Origin: Candidatus Magasanikiibacteriota bacterium
GTDB taxonomy: Bacteria; Patescibacteriota; Patescibacteriia; Magasanikbacterales; UBA922
Length of the DNA stretch: 64,000 nt
Reading direction: 5' to 3'
Assembly: GCA_003518365.1 (NCBI GenBank)
Contig: DOYU01000019.1
Span: 40,224-104,223 of the forward strand
The position numbers were made by a program, and so were the translations under genes. This document shows positions 17,341 through 27,113 of the stretch, piece after piece (positions within the stretch are counted from its first letter, which is position 1; each line of letters begins with the position of its first letter). The notes beneath the pieces are model-generated. The model had not been told where the DNA came from. It saw only the letters and a list, made by a program, of their open reading frames with translations, and did not search any database.

Positions 17341-19431
17341 ATGCATCATCGACTCCCTCCCCTGCTTGTCCTCTCTATTGTACTCCTCCAAGGCGTGTTT
17401 CTCCACTCTCCTCTTGTTGGTGTCAGCGCTCTTTGTATCTACGTCTTCCTCTTTCTCTCTTGGTCAAAGCGTTGTCTGGGCACGCGCATCTATGGTGCGA
17501 TCGTCCTTCTGACCTATCTCATTCTCGCCAATGCACTCGTCTATTATTTCTACGGCACCACGAATATGACGAGTTTCTTGATCCTGGCAGGATCATTTGC
17601 GTTTTTCTGGATTCCCCAAAGCACACGGCTTGGAGAAACAGTCGTTGCCTTTTGGCAAAAATGGAAAACATACAAAGCAAACCTGCTCCATCCATTCCGA
17701 GATACAAAGATTGTCCTGCTTACTGTCACAGTTGCCTTTCTCGACACCACACTCCTCGGTCTTCTTTGGTCAAGGCGAACGATCGAACTCATGCCATCAC
17801 CATGGCAAGCAGTGACTGTCTGGTTTTTTATCATCTTTACTATTTCTACAATACTTCTCATCTATGCCGTAGCAAAGCATCGCTCTACAGGTATCGCACT
17901 CGCCCTGGTATCATTACATCTTTTTACCATCTATACGATTGCCCCGCTCCTCTATCCACTTGGATTTGGATTTGATGCATTTATACACAGGGCAACGGAA
18001 CAATGGATTTTTGAATATGGCTCCATTTCCCCAAAGCAACCGTACTATATCGGACAATACAGCTTTGTCGTCTTCCTTGCCAAACTCACTTATCTGCCAC
18101 TCTTTTGGATTGATGTCTTGCTCGTACCTGTTCTGGCAGCCACAGTATTGCCAACAGTTGTGACAACAAGCCTCAGACGTATCTGGCCGGCAATGCAAGC
18201 ATCATGGCATATTCTTTTGACACTTGGCATTGCCCTGATACCATTTTTGTCACTCCACCTTACCACGCCTCATAATCTGGTCGTGCTTCTTTCCCTTCTC
18301 ACAATATTCACCACACTCGCCTATCAAACAGATAAAAAACAGTGGTATATTCCACTTCTTCTGACACTGACAGCACTCATCACTCATCCACTGTTAGGAG
18401 CACCTCTGTTTGTATTTTTTACCACAGCGGTCCTTGTGAAAAAAGCAACATCATCCGTAGCAAAAATACTATGGATCTTCCTCAGTGGGATAGGACAACT
18501 GTTCTTACTGCCAATCATGTTTACACTCAATAATCTTCGTACAGGGCATGGTCTGCCGACGCTTGACAATCCATTTACCGCACTCCCCCACTTTCTTGAA
18601 TTATTTGCCAGACCGTATTGGTACTTACAACACGCGCCTTTGCCATGGGAAATAATCTATGCGTGGGAACGAATGATTATTCCACTTACGATTCTTTTTT
18701 CCATACTTGGTTTTCTCCTATACAAAAGGAAAAAACTGGATCTGTATCTCTATCCGGCAACGGCACTTGCGGTATTTTTGAGTGCATGGCTCTTGAGAAC
18801 ATGGATAACATTCCCAGATGTTGTGGTGTATGAACAAGGCGACTACCCACTGCGACTTGTGAAAGCGAGTATGCTCTTTCTTTTACCATGGCTTCTCTAC
18901 GGCATCTATCTTTTCTTTGCTAGTATAAAAAAACCAGTTTTGAAAAAACTTCTCTTCTTCGGTGTTGCGTGTGCACTGACAATCTCCTTTTACTTTTCCT
19001 ATCCACAGAGAAATATCAAAGCACGGTTTCCAGGATTCAACGTCACACAGGCAGATTTTGATGCAGTAGAATGGATTCATAACAATGAACAAAGCAATTA
19101 CATCGTCCTTGCAAATCAACTTGTTTCTGCTGCCGCACTAACGAAATATAGCTTTGCCAAAAGTTATCAGACATCGCTCGGAGAACTCTTCTACTATTCT
19201 GTCCCAACAGGCGGACCGCTCTATCAACAATACGGCAAGATGCTTTATGAAGGACAACAACGTGAATTCATGGAAGCGGCGATGGATCTAGTCAATGTAG
19301 ATACAAGTTATTTTGTGGTAAACAGCTATTGGGCGAATGCTGACGAAATCATCGACGGTGCAAAAAAAACTGCCGATAACTGGCAGAGCATTGATGATGG
19401 CGCTGTATGGATTTTTACATATCGAAAATAA
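17341..19431 (+). CDS. Large polytopic membrane protein, paralog of 14404..16719, putative GT-C-type glycosyltransferase
   Basis: 696 aa. Hydrophobic helices fill the first about 500 aa, then a soluble C-terminal domain. Divergently transcribed from the pgsA-like gene. Confidence 0.55.
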   Translation: MHHRLPPLLVLSIVLLQGVFLHSPLVGVSALCIYVFLFLSWSKRCLGTRIYGAIVLLTYLILANALVYYFYGTTNMTSFLILAGSFAFFWIPQSTRLGETVVAFWQKWKTYKANLLHPFRDTKIVLLTVTVAFLDTTLLGLLWSRRTIELMPSPWQAVTVWFFIIFTISTILLIYAVAKHRSTGIALALVSLHLFTIYTIAPLLYPLGFGFDAFIHRATEQWIFEYGSISPKQPYYIGQYSFVVFLAKLTYLPLFWIDVLLVPVLAATVLPTVVTTSLRRIWPAMQASWHILLTLGIALIPFLSLHLTTPHNLVVLLSLLTIFTTLAYQTDKKQWYIPLLLTLTALITHPLLGAPLFVFFTTAVLVKKATSSVAKILWIFLSGIGQLFLLPIMFTLNNLRTGHGLPTLDNPFTALPHFLELFARPYWYLQHAPLPWEIIYAWERMIIPLTILFSILGFLLYKRKKLDLYLYPATALAVFLSAWLLRTWITFPDVVVYEQGDYPLRLVKASMLFLLPWLLYGIYLFFASIKKPVLKKLLFFGVACALTISFYFSYPQRNIKARFPGFNVTQADFDAVEWIHNNEQSNYIVLANQLVSAAALTKYSFAKSYQTSLGELFYYSVPTGGPLYQQYGKMLYEGQQREFMEAAMDLVNVDTSYFVVNSYWANADEIIDGAKKTADNWQSIDDGAVWIFTYRK

Positions 19432-19445
19432 ACAAGGCACTCATA

Positions 19446-19482
19446 TAAAAAACATCCTATACACATATATGGATGTTTTTTA
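19446..19482 (+). terminator. Rho-independent terminator
   Basis: catcctatacacatatatggatg hairpin followed by TTTTTT. Confidence 0.6.
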
Positions 19483-19612
19483 TGCCTCAATTATGTGTAT
19501 ATCGCTACACAGAACAATTGGAAGGAGATACGCAGAGCGATACCTCCCCCTCCCACTCCCCACCACATCATCAGTACAGACGAAAAAGGCAAAGAGAAAA
19601 AGAACGAAATCA

Positions 19613-20104
19613 TCACACCAGTATCTTCGAAGCAGATCCGTTACGGATAGCTCGAATGACAACTGATTGCATGGCTTTTGGTGTTACAACGACACACCGA
19701 ATAGTCCGCTTGACCACCGATCCGGTAGGACCGAACGTATCTTCACCAACGACGACATAGCTTCCACCCTGGATCAGGGTATGCGCCGACGCATGATAGA
19801 TACAGGAAACCTTGTCAACATGGGAATACGGACCGCTCGCACTGATAGTATCATCCCCAGAGGGAGACAGACGCGTTGCATCCGTCACATACCAATGCGT
19901 ACAGTGTGCTCCATCTCGATGTGCACAGTTGCCTGCCGGTGGGACAAGAACGGAAATGTCATCGGTACACCGATAGACAATGAAGAAAGATGTAGATTTG
20001 ACACCCGCTTCCAACAAAGCAATCCGAATCAGATACGGGACAGCGCAACGAGCACGTGAAGTCCAACGCTCAAAATTCACCATGGTTCTCCCTAAAGCCA
20101 TCAT
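19613..20104 (-). CDS. Hypothetical protein (moderately GC-rich)
   Basis: ORF with elevated GC relative to its flanks. A competing + strand ORF exists, so this is uncertain. Confidence 0.3.
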   Translation of the reverse strand: MMALGRTMVNFERWTSRARCAVPYLIRIALLEAGVKSTSFFIVYRCTDDISVLVPPAGNCAHRDGAHCTHWYVTDATRLSPSGDDTISASGPYSHVDKVSCIYHASAHTLIQGGSYVVVGEDTFGPTGSVVKRTIRCVVVTPKAMQSVVIRAIRNGSASKILV

Positions 20105-20197
20105 AAAAGAGAATGCATTTCTCTCTTATCACGGCGTTAGGAATCAGACGGATACTACCTAAAAAAACATGCTTTAGCAAGCATGTTCTATGTAGTG

Positions 20198-21406
20198 TTA
20201 TGTATTTGTATACAGTGCAAGCAATGTAGGCACGTATTCTTGTGACGCCATTGCTTCCAAAAAGGTACCGGTGTGCTCCCCCATCTCTGCAACTTCCGCA
20301 GCGTGTCCAAGACACCATGCTAATTTTTCTTGCAAATGTTTTTCATCACCGGCTCTAAACGTCATTCCCTGTTTTCCTTCTTCAATAAGCTCTGCAATGC
20401 CTTCAATATGACTCGCCAAGACCGGCACCCCAAACGCAAAACTTTCAAAAATAACGGTTGGGGAATTTTCATAACAGAGCGACGGCACAATGACCATATC
20501 AGCTTCAGCAAACACTCGAGGAAGTTCATCTCTACTCACCCTTCCGTGAATGACAATTCTATTATCTTTTTCTGCTACCTTTTTTACCTCGTCCAACTTC
20601 GATCCATCACCCACAATATGGAGTTCACATTCTTTATCCGTTTGAAAATTTAAAAAAGTATTCAAGAGAAATAATACACCTTTATGCTCCTCCACTTGTC
20701 CTATGTAATAAAACGTGAACGTATGGTGAGTGTTACGTGCTACATGTTTCGTGTTACGTGATCCAAAGGTCATCGGATTTCTCAGCTGCACAAATTCTGA
20801 GTGAGAAAAAAACTTCCACCGTCGATAAAATTCCAATAAAAAATTGGAAGGCGAAATAACCACATCAGGAGAACCCATAAGACGACGCATCATTGCTGCA
20901 TACACTCGTGTTGGCAGTCCATTATAGCGAAAGGAATGTTCTTTTTGTTTCAAAATAATGCCACTGGGCTCTACAAGCTGAACATCATGAACAGTGTGCA
21001 CATGACGAATACCCAGTGAACGAATCACATGCGGGATCAAAAATCCTAATCCCATCAAATTGTGTGTATGTACCACATCAGGACGTTCTTTTTCGAGTAC
21101 ATCTCGAACAAATCGCGCAGAGCCACGGTGAAACATATCGACGACATGCCACAAGAAACGCATGAAGAATGAATGTGTATGACTATCCGTGTAGAAAAAG
21201 AAATTCTTTGGTTCATATTCCCAAATTGCCAAATTGCCAAATTTCCCAATTGCCTTCGATTTTCCAAGCGTAATCAAAAGCACCTCATGCCCAGCATCAA
21301 GCAGACCTGCCACAGTCTTCTCTACTACCTGCTCTGCCCCACCACGAGCGAGCGGTGGATATAAATTGTTTATGATACAGATTTTCATGGATGTACTACT
21401 ATTCAT
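20198..21406 (-). CDS. Glycosyltransferase family 4 (GT-B, RfaG-like)
   Basis: N-terminal MKICIINNLYPPLARGGAEQVV. C-terminal EGFGLPVLEA-like FAFGVPVLASHIEGIAELIEEGKQG. Contains the in-frame octamer repeat at 21221-21252. The likely start is MKICII at about 21384. Confidence 0.85.
   Translation of the reverse strand: MNSSTSMKICIINNLYPPLARGGAEQVVEKTVAGLLDAGHEVLLITLGKSKAIGKFGNLAIWEYEPKNFFFYTDSHTHSFFMRFLWHVVDMFHRGSARFVRDVLEKERPDVVHTHNLMGLGFLIPHVIRSLGIRHVHTVHDVQLVEPSGIILKQKEHSFRYNGLPTRVYAAMMRRLMGSPDVVISPSNFLLEFYRRWKFFSHSEFVQLRNPMTFGSRNTKHVARNTHHTFTFYYIGQVEEHKGVLFLLNTFLNFQTDKECELHIVGDGSKLDEVKKVAEKDNRIVIHGRVSRDELPRVFAEADMVIVPSLCYENSPTVIFESFAFGVPVLASHIEGIAELIEEGKQGMTFRAGDEKHLQEKLAWCLGHAAEVAEMGEHTGTFLEAMASQEYVPTLLALYTNT
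21221..21252. repeat. Tandem octamer array CAAATTGC x2 plus two degenerate copies inside the GT4 CDS
   Basis: Read directly: caaattgc caaattgc caaatttc ccaattgc, encoding (minus strand) KAIGKFGNLAIWEY. Same unit as in mpl. Confidence 0.9.
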
Positions 21407-21604
21407 TGCTTGACAGTATAGTGAAAGATCTGAAATGCTGCAATTATTCTTATTGTTCTATTGTTATATTGCTTTATTGTTGCCCTACTTAGCAAGACAA
21501 AAATGTAACGCAATTAATTATATAAAAAAACACCATAGCAGGTGTAAGGAACGCCCGCGCCATCGAAGATCGATGGCGCGGACATCCGTGCCAGAAACGG
21601 ATCG

Positions 21605-22102
21605 TTAACGATAGAACCGCCCGTCGAGCATGGTGCGTTCGAGCGTGCCCAGGCGAGCCTCCCAGTCCCGCCAGCCCAAGACCTTCGTCGCCGCGACAAG
21701 ACGGACAACCAACGCTATCACCTTCGGGTAGATCTCGGCAACAGCATCGCCAAGGTACCGATGATGCAGGTATGTATTGATGTCGCTCCAGCTGACCAAC
21801 AGTCCCGAAGGAAAACTGGGATGCACTCCATCCCAGTGGCCGAGATGCCAGTACTCCCAGCCTTCAGCATGCCTTTCAGTCGGCCTCACGAGGTACTCTT
21901 CGTAGTGCTGGAGGACCCGTGTATACCACATCACCCAGGCCTCTGTGACAGTGCTCTGAAGCATAGGCACGCCCACCAAGACTCTCAAAGCCTCGCGAAT
22001 TCTACAAAACTCATCGGAAGTCCAGACACGATCCGTGTCAGCCAAAGTGACGGCGACATAGGCAGCGGCCTCCGAGAAATTTGTAAACATCGTCACGTCC
22101 AT
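21605..22102 (-). CDS. Hypothetical protein, GC-rich (about 58%)
   Basis: 165-aa ORF with high GC. Followed 3' by the GC hairpin cccgcgccatcga-aga-tcgatggcgcgg plus a second hairpin and T7. Confidence 0.5.
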   Translation of the reverse strand: MDVTMFTNFSEAAAYVAVTLADTDRVWTSDEFCRIREALRVLVGVPMLQSTVTEAWVMWYTRVLQHYEEYLVRPTERHAEGWEYWHLGHWDGVHPSFPSGLLVSWSDINTYLHHRYLGDAVAEIYPKVIALVVRLVAATKVLGWRDWEARLGTLERTMLDGRFYR

Positions 22103-22323
22103 GAAGTTCCTCGCAGTCTCAGGCTAAGGTCCGTCCAAAGCATGATATCTAAACCTAGCCCGAATATGTGTATTTGTCAATATAATCCTACCTAGAAAAA
22201 TATCGTTCTTTTTACTTTTTCAGTATATGATACTAAAATAATTTTTTTCATACACAGCCTCCCCACACCCCTTCCCCAACCCAGCTTGCCCGAAGCTGAT
22301 TTATCCGTTAGGATAGAGGTCCT

Positions 22324-23742
22324 ATGTTAGACGAACTCGCCCGCATACCTCCGCATAATATAGAAGCAGAACGATCCCTCTTGGGCTCTATTTTGATAGA
22401 TAAGGAAGCCATGGTGAAGATTGCAGATCAAATTGATGTTGAAGATTTTTATAAAAAAACCCATGAACAGATTTTTGACAGCATGCGTGAATTGTATGCA
22501 AAAAATGAACCGGTTGATGTATTGACACTCGGAAATAAGTTGGAAGAAAAAAAATTGATTGAAAGCATTGGTGGACGAAGCTATCTTGTCGGATTGTCGA
22601 ACGCTGTCCCAACGGCATCCCACATCACCCAATACGCAAAAATTATAAAGAAAAAAGCTACGCTCAGAAAGCTGCTCACAGCGGCAGAACACATCAATAA
22701 GCTGGGCTACAAAGAAGATGTGGATGATGTAGAACAAGTGCTCGACGATGCCATGCAGCATCTCTACGGCATCACCCAAAAACATCTCAAACAAAATTTT
22801 GTTCCCATCAATACCATTCTCCACAATGCCTTTGAACGCATGGACGAACTCCACAAAGATCGTGGCAAACTTCGTGGTGTACCATCAGGCTTTACCAAGC
22901 TTGATGAACTCATGGCAGGATTCCAAAAATCAGATCTTGTCATTCTCGCTGCCCGCCCGTCTGTTGGGAAAACATCTCTTGCACTTGATTTTGCAAGAAA
23001 TGCCGCTATCAGAGGAAAAGCAAAAGTAGGGATTTTTTCACTCGAAATGAGTAAAGAACAACTGGTTGATCGTTTGCTGTGTGCTGAAGCTGGCGTGGAC
23101 TTATGGAAAATGAGAACCGGCAACTTGTCAGATCGCCCAGATAGCAATGACTTCCCCAAAATCGGGCATGCTATGGGCTTACTGTCTGACGCGAAAATAT
23201 TTATCGATGACAATGCCGGACAAAATGTCCTACAAATTCGGACGAAAGCAAGACGATTGCAAGCAGAACATGGGCTCGATCTCATCATTATCGACTACTT
23301 GCAGCTCATGAATACGACCGGCAGTAGAAACAATGACAATCGTGTCCAAGAAGTGGCCGAGATGAGTCGTGGGCTCAAACTGCTCGCTCGTGAACTCAAT
23401 GTTCCCGTCCTCTGTCTCTCCCAGCTGTCTCGTGCCGTAGAACAAACAAAACCGGCCATTCCAAAGTTGTCACACCTTCGTGATTCTGGTAGTATTGAAC
23501 AAGATGCTGACATTGTGATGTTTATCTATCGCAAATCGTCAGACAGAAACTACCAACTCGAAGAAATTCCACCAGACGAACGAAATATCGGAGAAATTCA
23601 CGTTGCCAAACATCGAAATGGTCCAACCGGCGTTGTCAAAGTCTTCTTTGACGCAGCGCGAGCCAGCTACCGCAATCTGGATACGCAGTTTGAAGCCAGT
23701 GCACCACAATATCCCCCACAACAAAAACCACCATCATTTTAG
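22324..23742 (+). CDS. dnaB: Replicative DNA helicase DnaB
   Basis: N-terminal PPHNIEAERSLLGSIL. Walker A GARPSVGKTSLAL. RecA-like C-terminal domain. No intein. Confidence 0.9.
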   Translation: MLDELARIPPHNIEAERSLLGSILIDKEAMVKIADQIDVEDFYKKTHEQIFDSMRELYAKNEPVDVLTLGNKLEEKKLIESIGGRSYLVGLSNAVPTASHITQYAKIIKKKATLRKLLTAAEHINKLGYKEDVDDVEQVLDDAMQHLYGITQKHLKQNFVPINTILHNAFERMDELHKDRGKLRGVPSGFTKLDELMAGFQKSDLVILAARPSVGKTSLALDFARNAAIRGKAKVGIFSLEMSKEQLVDRLLCAEAGVDLWKMRTGNLSDRPDSNDFPKIGHAMGLLSDAKIFIDDNAGQNVLQIRTKARRLQAEHGLDLIIIDYLQLMNTTGSRNNDNRVQEVAEMSRGLKLLARELNVPVLCLSQLSRAVEQTKPAIPKLSHLRDSGSIEQDADIVMFIYRKSSDRNYQLEEIPPDERNIGEIHVAKHRNGPTGVVKVFFDAARASYRNLDTQFEASAPQYPPQQKPPSF

Positions 23743-23813
23743 TAACAGGCTTGTAATGACGAGAAAGCCTTCTCAGCCTTCCTTGCCTCCCAAGCCTTCT
23801 AAGCCTTATTTCT

Positions 23814-24110
23814 ATGCTCAACAAACTCAAGCAATTCAAAGATATCCGAGAACAAGCAAAGACCCTCCAAAACACACTCTCTCAAGAAAGCGTCACCGTG
23901 AAAGAAGGTGGGGTCTCACTTGTCATGGATGGAAATCTTTCTGTAAAATCTCTTGATATTGAAGAAGACATGCTCTCACCAAATAAAAAGGAAAAACTCC
24001 AAAAAGACATCATGAAAGCCTACGAAGAAGCCATGAAAAAAATGCAACGCATCATGGCAATGAAAATGAAAGAAATGGGTGGATTGCCAAATATTCCAGG
24101 ACTCAGTTAA
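23814..24110 (+). CDS. ybaB: Nucleoid-associated protein YbaB/EbfC
   Basis: About 98 aa, MLNKLKQFKDIREQAKTLQNTL...VTVKEGGVSLVMDGNLSVKSLDIEE is the YbaB family pattern. Lies upstream of recR as in the conserved dnaX-ybaB-recR synteny. Confidence 0.8.
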   Translation: MLNKLKQFKDIREQAKTLQNTLSQESVTVKEGGVSLVMDGNLSVKSLDIEEDMLSPNKKEKLQKDIMKAYEEAMKKMQRIMAMKMKEMGGLPNIPGLS

Positions 24111-24176
24111 TTCAGAGTTCTCAGTTCAAGGTTCAAAGGAAATTAATACATGCATGTTTTGTAATTTGTTTTTTTC

Positions 24177-24797
24177 TTGTATCTTGTACCTTACAACATG
24201 TACTCAAAATCAATAGAACAACTCATCAAAGCATTTAGTAAACTTCCGAGCGTGGGCCCGCGAACCGCTGAGCGGTTCGTTTTTCATTTGTTGAAATCTG
24301 GAAAAAAAGATGCTGCAGAAATTACAAATGCACTGAAGGGACTCATTGAAAATATCAAAAGTTGCGAGATCTGTTGGGATTTTTCAGATACGTCGCCGTG
24401 CAAGATATGCGCTGACACAAAACGAGATGCATCAGCGCTGTGTATAGTGACAGAATCACAAGAATTGCAGCAAATAGAAAAAACAGGTGCATTCACTGGC
24501 AGATACCATGTGCTTCGTGGTGTAATAAAGCCAGGCAATCCAGACAGTGTGAAATATTTGAAAGTTGCTGAATTGCTAAAACGAGTGAAAATAGATGACG
24601 TGAAAGAAATCATTCTGGCACTCAACCCCGATCTTCCCGGTGAAACAACCATGCTCTATTTACAAAATGTAATGAAAAAAGAATCTCCAGATATCAAGGT
24701 CACTCGTCTTGCGCGAGGATTGCCAATGGGAAGTGACCTGCAATATGCTGATGAGATCACACTCGGAAGTGCACTGAAAAACAGAACACAAACATAA
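24177..24797 (+). CDS. recR: Recombination protein RecR
   Basis: LPSVGPRTAERFVFHLL (HhH), the C4 zinc finger CEICWDFSDTSPCKIC, and a Toprim region. Confidence 0.9.
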   Translation: MYLVPYNMYSKSIEQLIKAFSKLPSVGPRTAERFVFHLLKSGKKDAAEITNALKGLIENIKSCEICWDFSDTSPCKICADTKRDASALCIVTESQELQQIEKTGAFTGRYHVLRGVIKPGNPDSVKYLKVAELLKRVKIDDVKEIILALNPDLPGETTMLYLQNVMKKESPDIKVTRLARGLPMGSDLQYADEITLGSALKNRTQT

Positions 24798-24822
24798 AAC
24801 TGCCACGAATGGCAGTTTTTTA
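24798..24822 (+). terminator. Rho-independent terminator of recR
   Basis: ctgccacgaatggcag hairpin followed by TTTTTT. Confidence 0.7.
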
Positions 24823-24829
24823 AGATGAA

Positions 24830-25140
24830 GGGGTAGCTACGGTGACCCCTTGTACTAGTAACGAGAATTAACGCGTTCCACCCGCCAACATGGCGCCTTC
24901 CTGAGCCTTTCGGCCCATGTGCATGTGGGTACCCACGTTCCTTGTCGTGATGTAACGAAGAGGCATTCCACTGGATTTGGGTTTCCCCTTGCTCAGCGGG
25001 AGCAGGTCTCATCGTATTGTCACGACTATGCGTCCTAGACGCTCGATACCTACCCCAGTTTAAGGGGTTGCTCGCGAACGGGCACAGCACAAAAGGCTGT
25101 CGGTGAGGGTGTGTATGCAAAGGTCACCGTAGCTCACAGA
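24830..25140. ncRNA. Structured GC-rich non-coding RNA candidate (class unresolved; SRP RNA / RNase P RNA / tmRNA not confirmed)
   Basis: About 300 nt with GC well above background, no credible ORF, and lying between the 3' ends of convergent recR and rplU. A 13-bp long-range helix joins the termini (agctacggtgacc at 24838 pairs with ggtcaccgtagct at 25112), plus internal GNRA-closed hairpins such as gggccgaaaggctc. The canonical RNase P P4 motif was not found. Confidence 0.35.
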
Positions 25141-25205
25141 CATACTATCACACTTCTTCACAAATAAAAGACTACCCTTTGTGGATAGTCTTTTTGCGGT
25201 GTGAG

Positions 25206-25520
25206 TTATGCAATTTTGTCGATAGTGACAGTCGTAAATGGTTGTCGGTGTCCGTTTGTTCGTTTGTAACGAACTTTTGGTTTATATTTGACAACACGAA
25301 TCTTCTTATCACGTCCTTGATCCTTTACCGTAGCGGTGACAGTCTTTCCCGCGAGAAATGGTGTCCCAATCTCTACGTCTTGTCCGTCTGCCTTCGCGGT
25401 CATGAGGATCTGATCAAATGTAACGGTAGCATCTACCTCAGCGTCAAGCTTTTCCACTTTGATGGTCTGGCCTTCTTCGACGAGGTATTGCTTGCCACCT
25501 GTGAAAACTACTGCAAACAT
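25206..25520 (-). CDS. rplU: 50S ribosomal protein L21
   Basis: MFAVVFTGGKQYLVEEGQTIKVEKL...RVVKYKPKVRYKRTNGHRQPFT is the canonical L21. Confidence 0.9.
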   Translation of the reverse strand: MFAVVFTGGKQYLVEEGQTIKVEKLDAEVDATVTFDQILMTAKADGQDVEIGTPFLAGKTVTATVKDQGRDKKIRVVKYKPKVRYKRTNGHRQPFTTVTIDKIA

Positions 25521-25608
25521 ACGTTTTTGTAAAATTATAAGTGTCTCGTCGTACCAGGACTAAGACGACCAATACTATACCTCATGAAGCAACATATGTC
25601 AAGTGAGG

Positions 25609-26079
25609 TTATGGGAGCGTGAGAAAATCCCCAATCTGTAATCCATGCTCCATAGCCCAGCCAGCAGAGAGCTCCAAAACCATGGTAGCTTCTGCACGTG
25701 GTCGATAGAAGGTAAGATCGTATTCATCTACGCCAGGCTCTAGAGGCACGGCTGGTGCGATATCAACAACCTTCCCGTCTGAAAGCCAAATAATATCTAT
25801 AGGAAACAGCATGTCACGCATGACAATACCATGACGTTCAGAAAAATCAAATATGAACAACATACCATCTTTTCCACCAAGATCTTCTCGCCCACCAAGC
25901 CCCACATACATATCATTAATAGTGTCCGCGACATACACATCTAAATGCTGATCATTGAGCACAATGATTCTTGTACCAGGCAATCGCGTATTCCAATACA
26001 ATAAAAAAAGAAAACACAAAAAAAAGGCAGCAAGAACAAACATTGATTTTTTTCCAAACGCTAGGTGTGTTTTTTCCAT
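25609..26079 (-). CDS. DUF192 (COG1430) family protein with N-terminal TM/signal
   Basis: LFPIDIIWLSDGKVVDI...MVLELSAGW resembles the DUF192 conserved core. Confidence 0.6.
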   Translation of the reverse strand: MEKTHLAFGKKSMFVLAAFFLCFLFLLYWNTRLPGTRIIVLNDQHLDVYVADTINDMYVGLGGREDLGGKDGMLFIFDFSERHGIVMRDMLFPIDIIWLSDGKVVDIAPAVPLEPGVDEYDLTFYRPRAEATMVLELSAGWAMEHGLQIGDFLTLP

Positions 26080-27101
26080 AGGTGTTTCTTTTTATCATCA
26101 CTCTGGAGCCAAATAGCCATAAGCAGCATAAGGACAAACAAAAATGCAAATGCGATCACTTTTTGGCTGCTTTGTAAGAACAATGTCGTCACTCCAAAAG
26201 AAAAAGAAATAGCATACAATAACAGCACTGCTTGCTTTTGTGTCATTCCTGAATGAAGCAGTTTGAAATGCAAATGCTCACTGTCGCCAACATAAATAGG
26301 TTTCTTTTTTATCCATCGTGTGAGAATGACACGAATCACATCAAGCAACGGGATACCCATTACCAGAAGCGTAGTCATAATTTTCCCGCCTGAAATAATA
26401 CCAAGCACACCGAGCATAAATCCAGTAAACAGACTGCCCCCTTCTCCGAGAAATATCTTTGCAGGATGCCAATTCCAAAGTAAGAATCCAAGACACGCGC
26501 CGGCAAACATAATTGCCAAAGTAGCAACTTCTGGTTGAAACCATTGTTCTTGGCGAGACAAAAAGAAAATCATGAATGCCCCAATAGAGACCATACCACT
26601 CACAAGTCCATCAAGACCATCAAGAAATTTTGTAGTAAACATCAGGCCAAACAGCCAAAGAAACACTAATGCACCAGACGTGATGCTCGTAAGCACAAAC
26701 GTCCCACCAAGTGGATTTGTAATTTCGTGTGGTCCAATACCGACAAAGGCAACCATACCGGCAGCAAGAAGAGGAAAGAGAATTTGCTTTCTTGCTTTCA
26801 AATTTTTTGCATCATCCCACAGACCACCGATCATCAATATGCCACCCGCGATACAAATCAAGACAAGGGTACGCAGTGGCACACTGTTCCCAATATCTCC
26901 GAGAAAAAAAGAAGCAAACGCAACGGAAAAAAATGATATAAAAATAGCCAGCCCGCCGCCGAGTGGAATCTTTTTTTTGTGAATTTTTCTTGCTTGCTCT
27001 TTTGGGCTATCAACTATCTTATAGTGCCGCATGATCGCTCGGACCAGCGCCGTTGCCACAAAAGAAAGAAAAAGCGTGATGAAAAAATATACCAGTATCA
27101 T
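26061..27101 (-). CDS. Glycosyltransferase family 4 phospho-sugar transferase (MraY/WecA/TagO family)
   Basis: Polytopic. Conserved DD in GLWDDAKNL and DGLDGLVSG, plus a C-terminal HxxH-like region, as in polyprenyl-phosphate N-acetylhexosamine-1-P transferases. Confidence 0.8.
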   Translation of the reverse strand: MILVYFFITLFLSFVATALVRAIMRHYKIVDSPKEQARKIHKKKIPLGGGLAIFISFFSVAFASFFLGDIGNSVPLRTLVLICIAGGILMIGGLWDDAKNLKARKQILFPLLAAGMVAFVGIGPHEITNPLGGTFVLTSITSGALVFLWLFGLMFTTKFLDGLDGLVSGMVSIGAFMIFFLSRQEQWFQPEVATLAIMFAGACLGFLLWNWHPAKIFLGEGGSLFTGFMLGVLGIISGGKIMTTLLVMGIPLLDVIRVILTRWIKKKPIYVGDSEHLHFKLLHSGMTQKQAVLLLYAISFSFGVTTLFLQSSQKVIAFAFLFVLMLLMAIWLQSDDKKKHLWKKHT

Positions 27102-27113
27102 ATATAAATTGAC

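Noticed and set aside
22103-22323. Possible sigma70 promoter and DnaA-like box upstream of dnaB
   Set aside because: Hexamer spacing did not fit a canonical -35/-10 pair, and ttatccgtt is only a partial DnaA-box match. Not reported as a feature.
24830-25140. Specific assignment of the structured RNA as tmRNA or T-box leader
   Set aside because: No tag-peptide reading frame ending ALAA, no T-arm GGUUCGA, and no downstream gene in either orientation for a leader. Left as class-unresolved.
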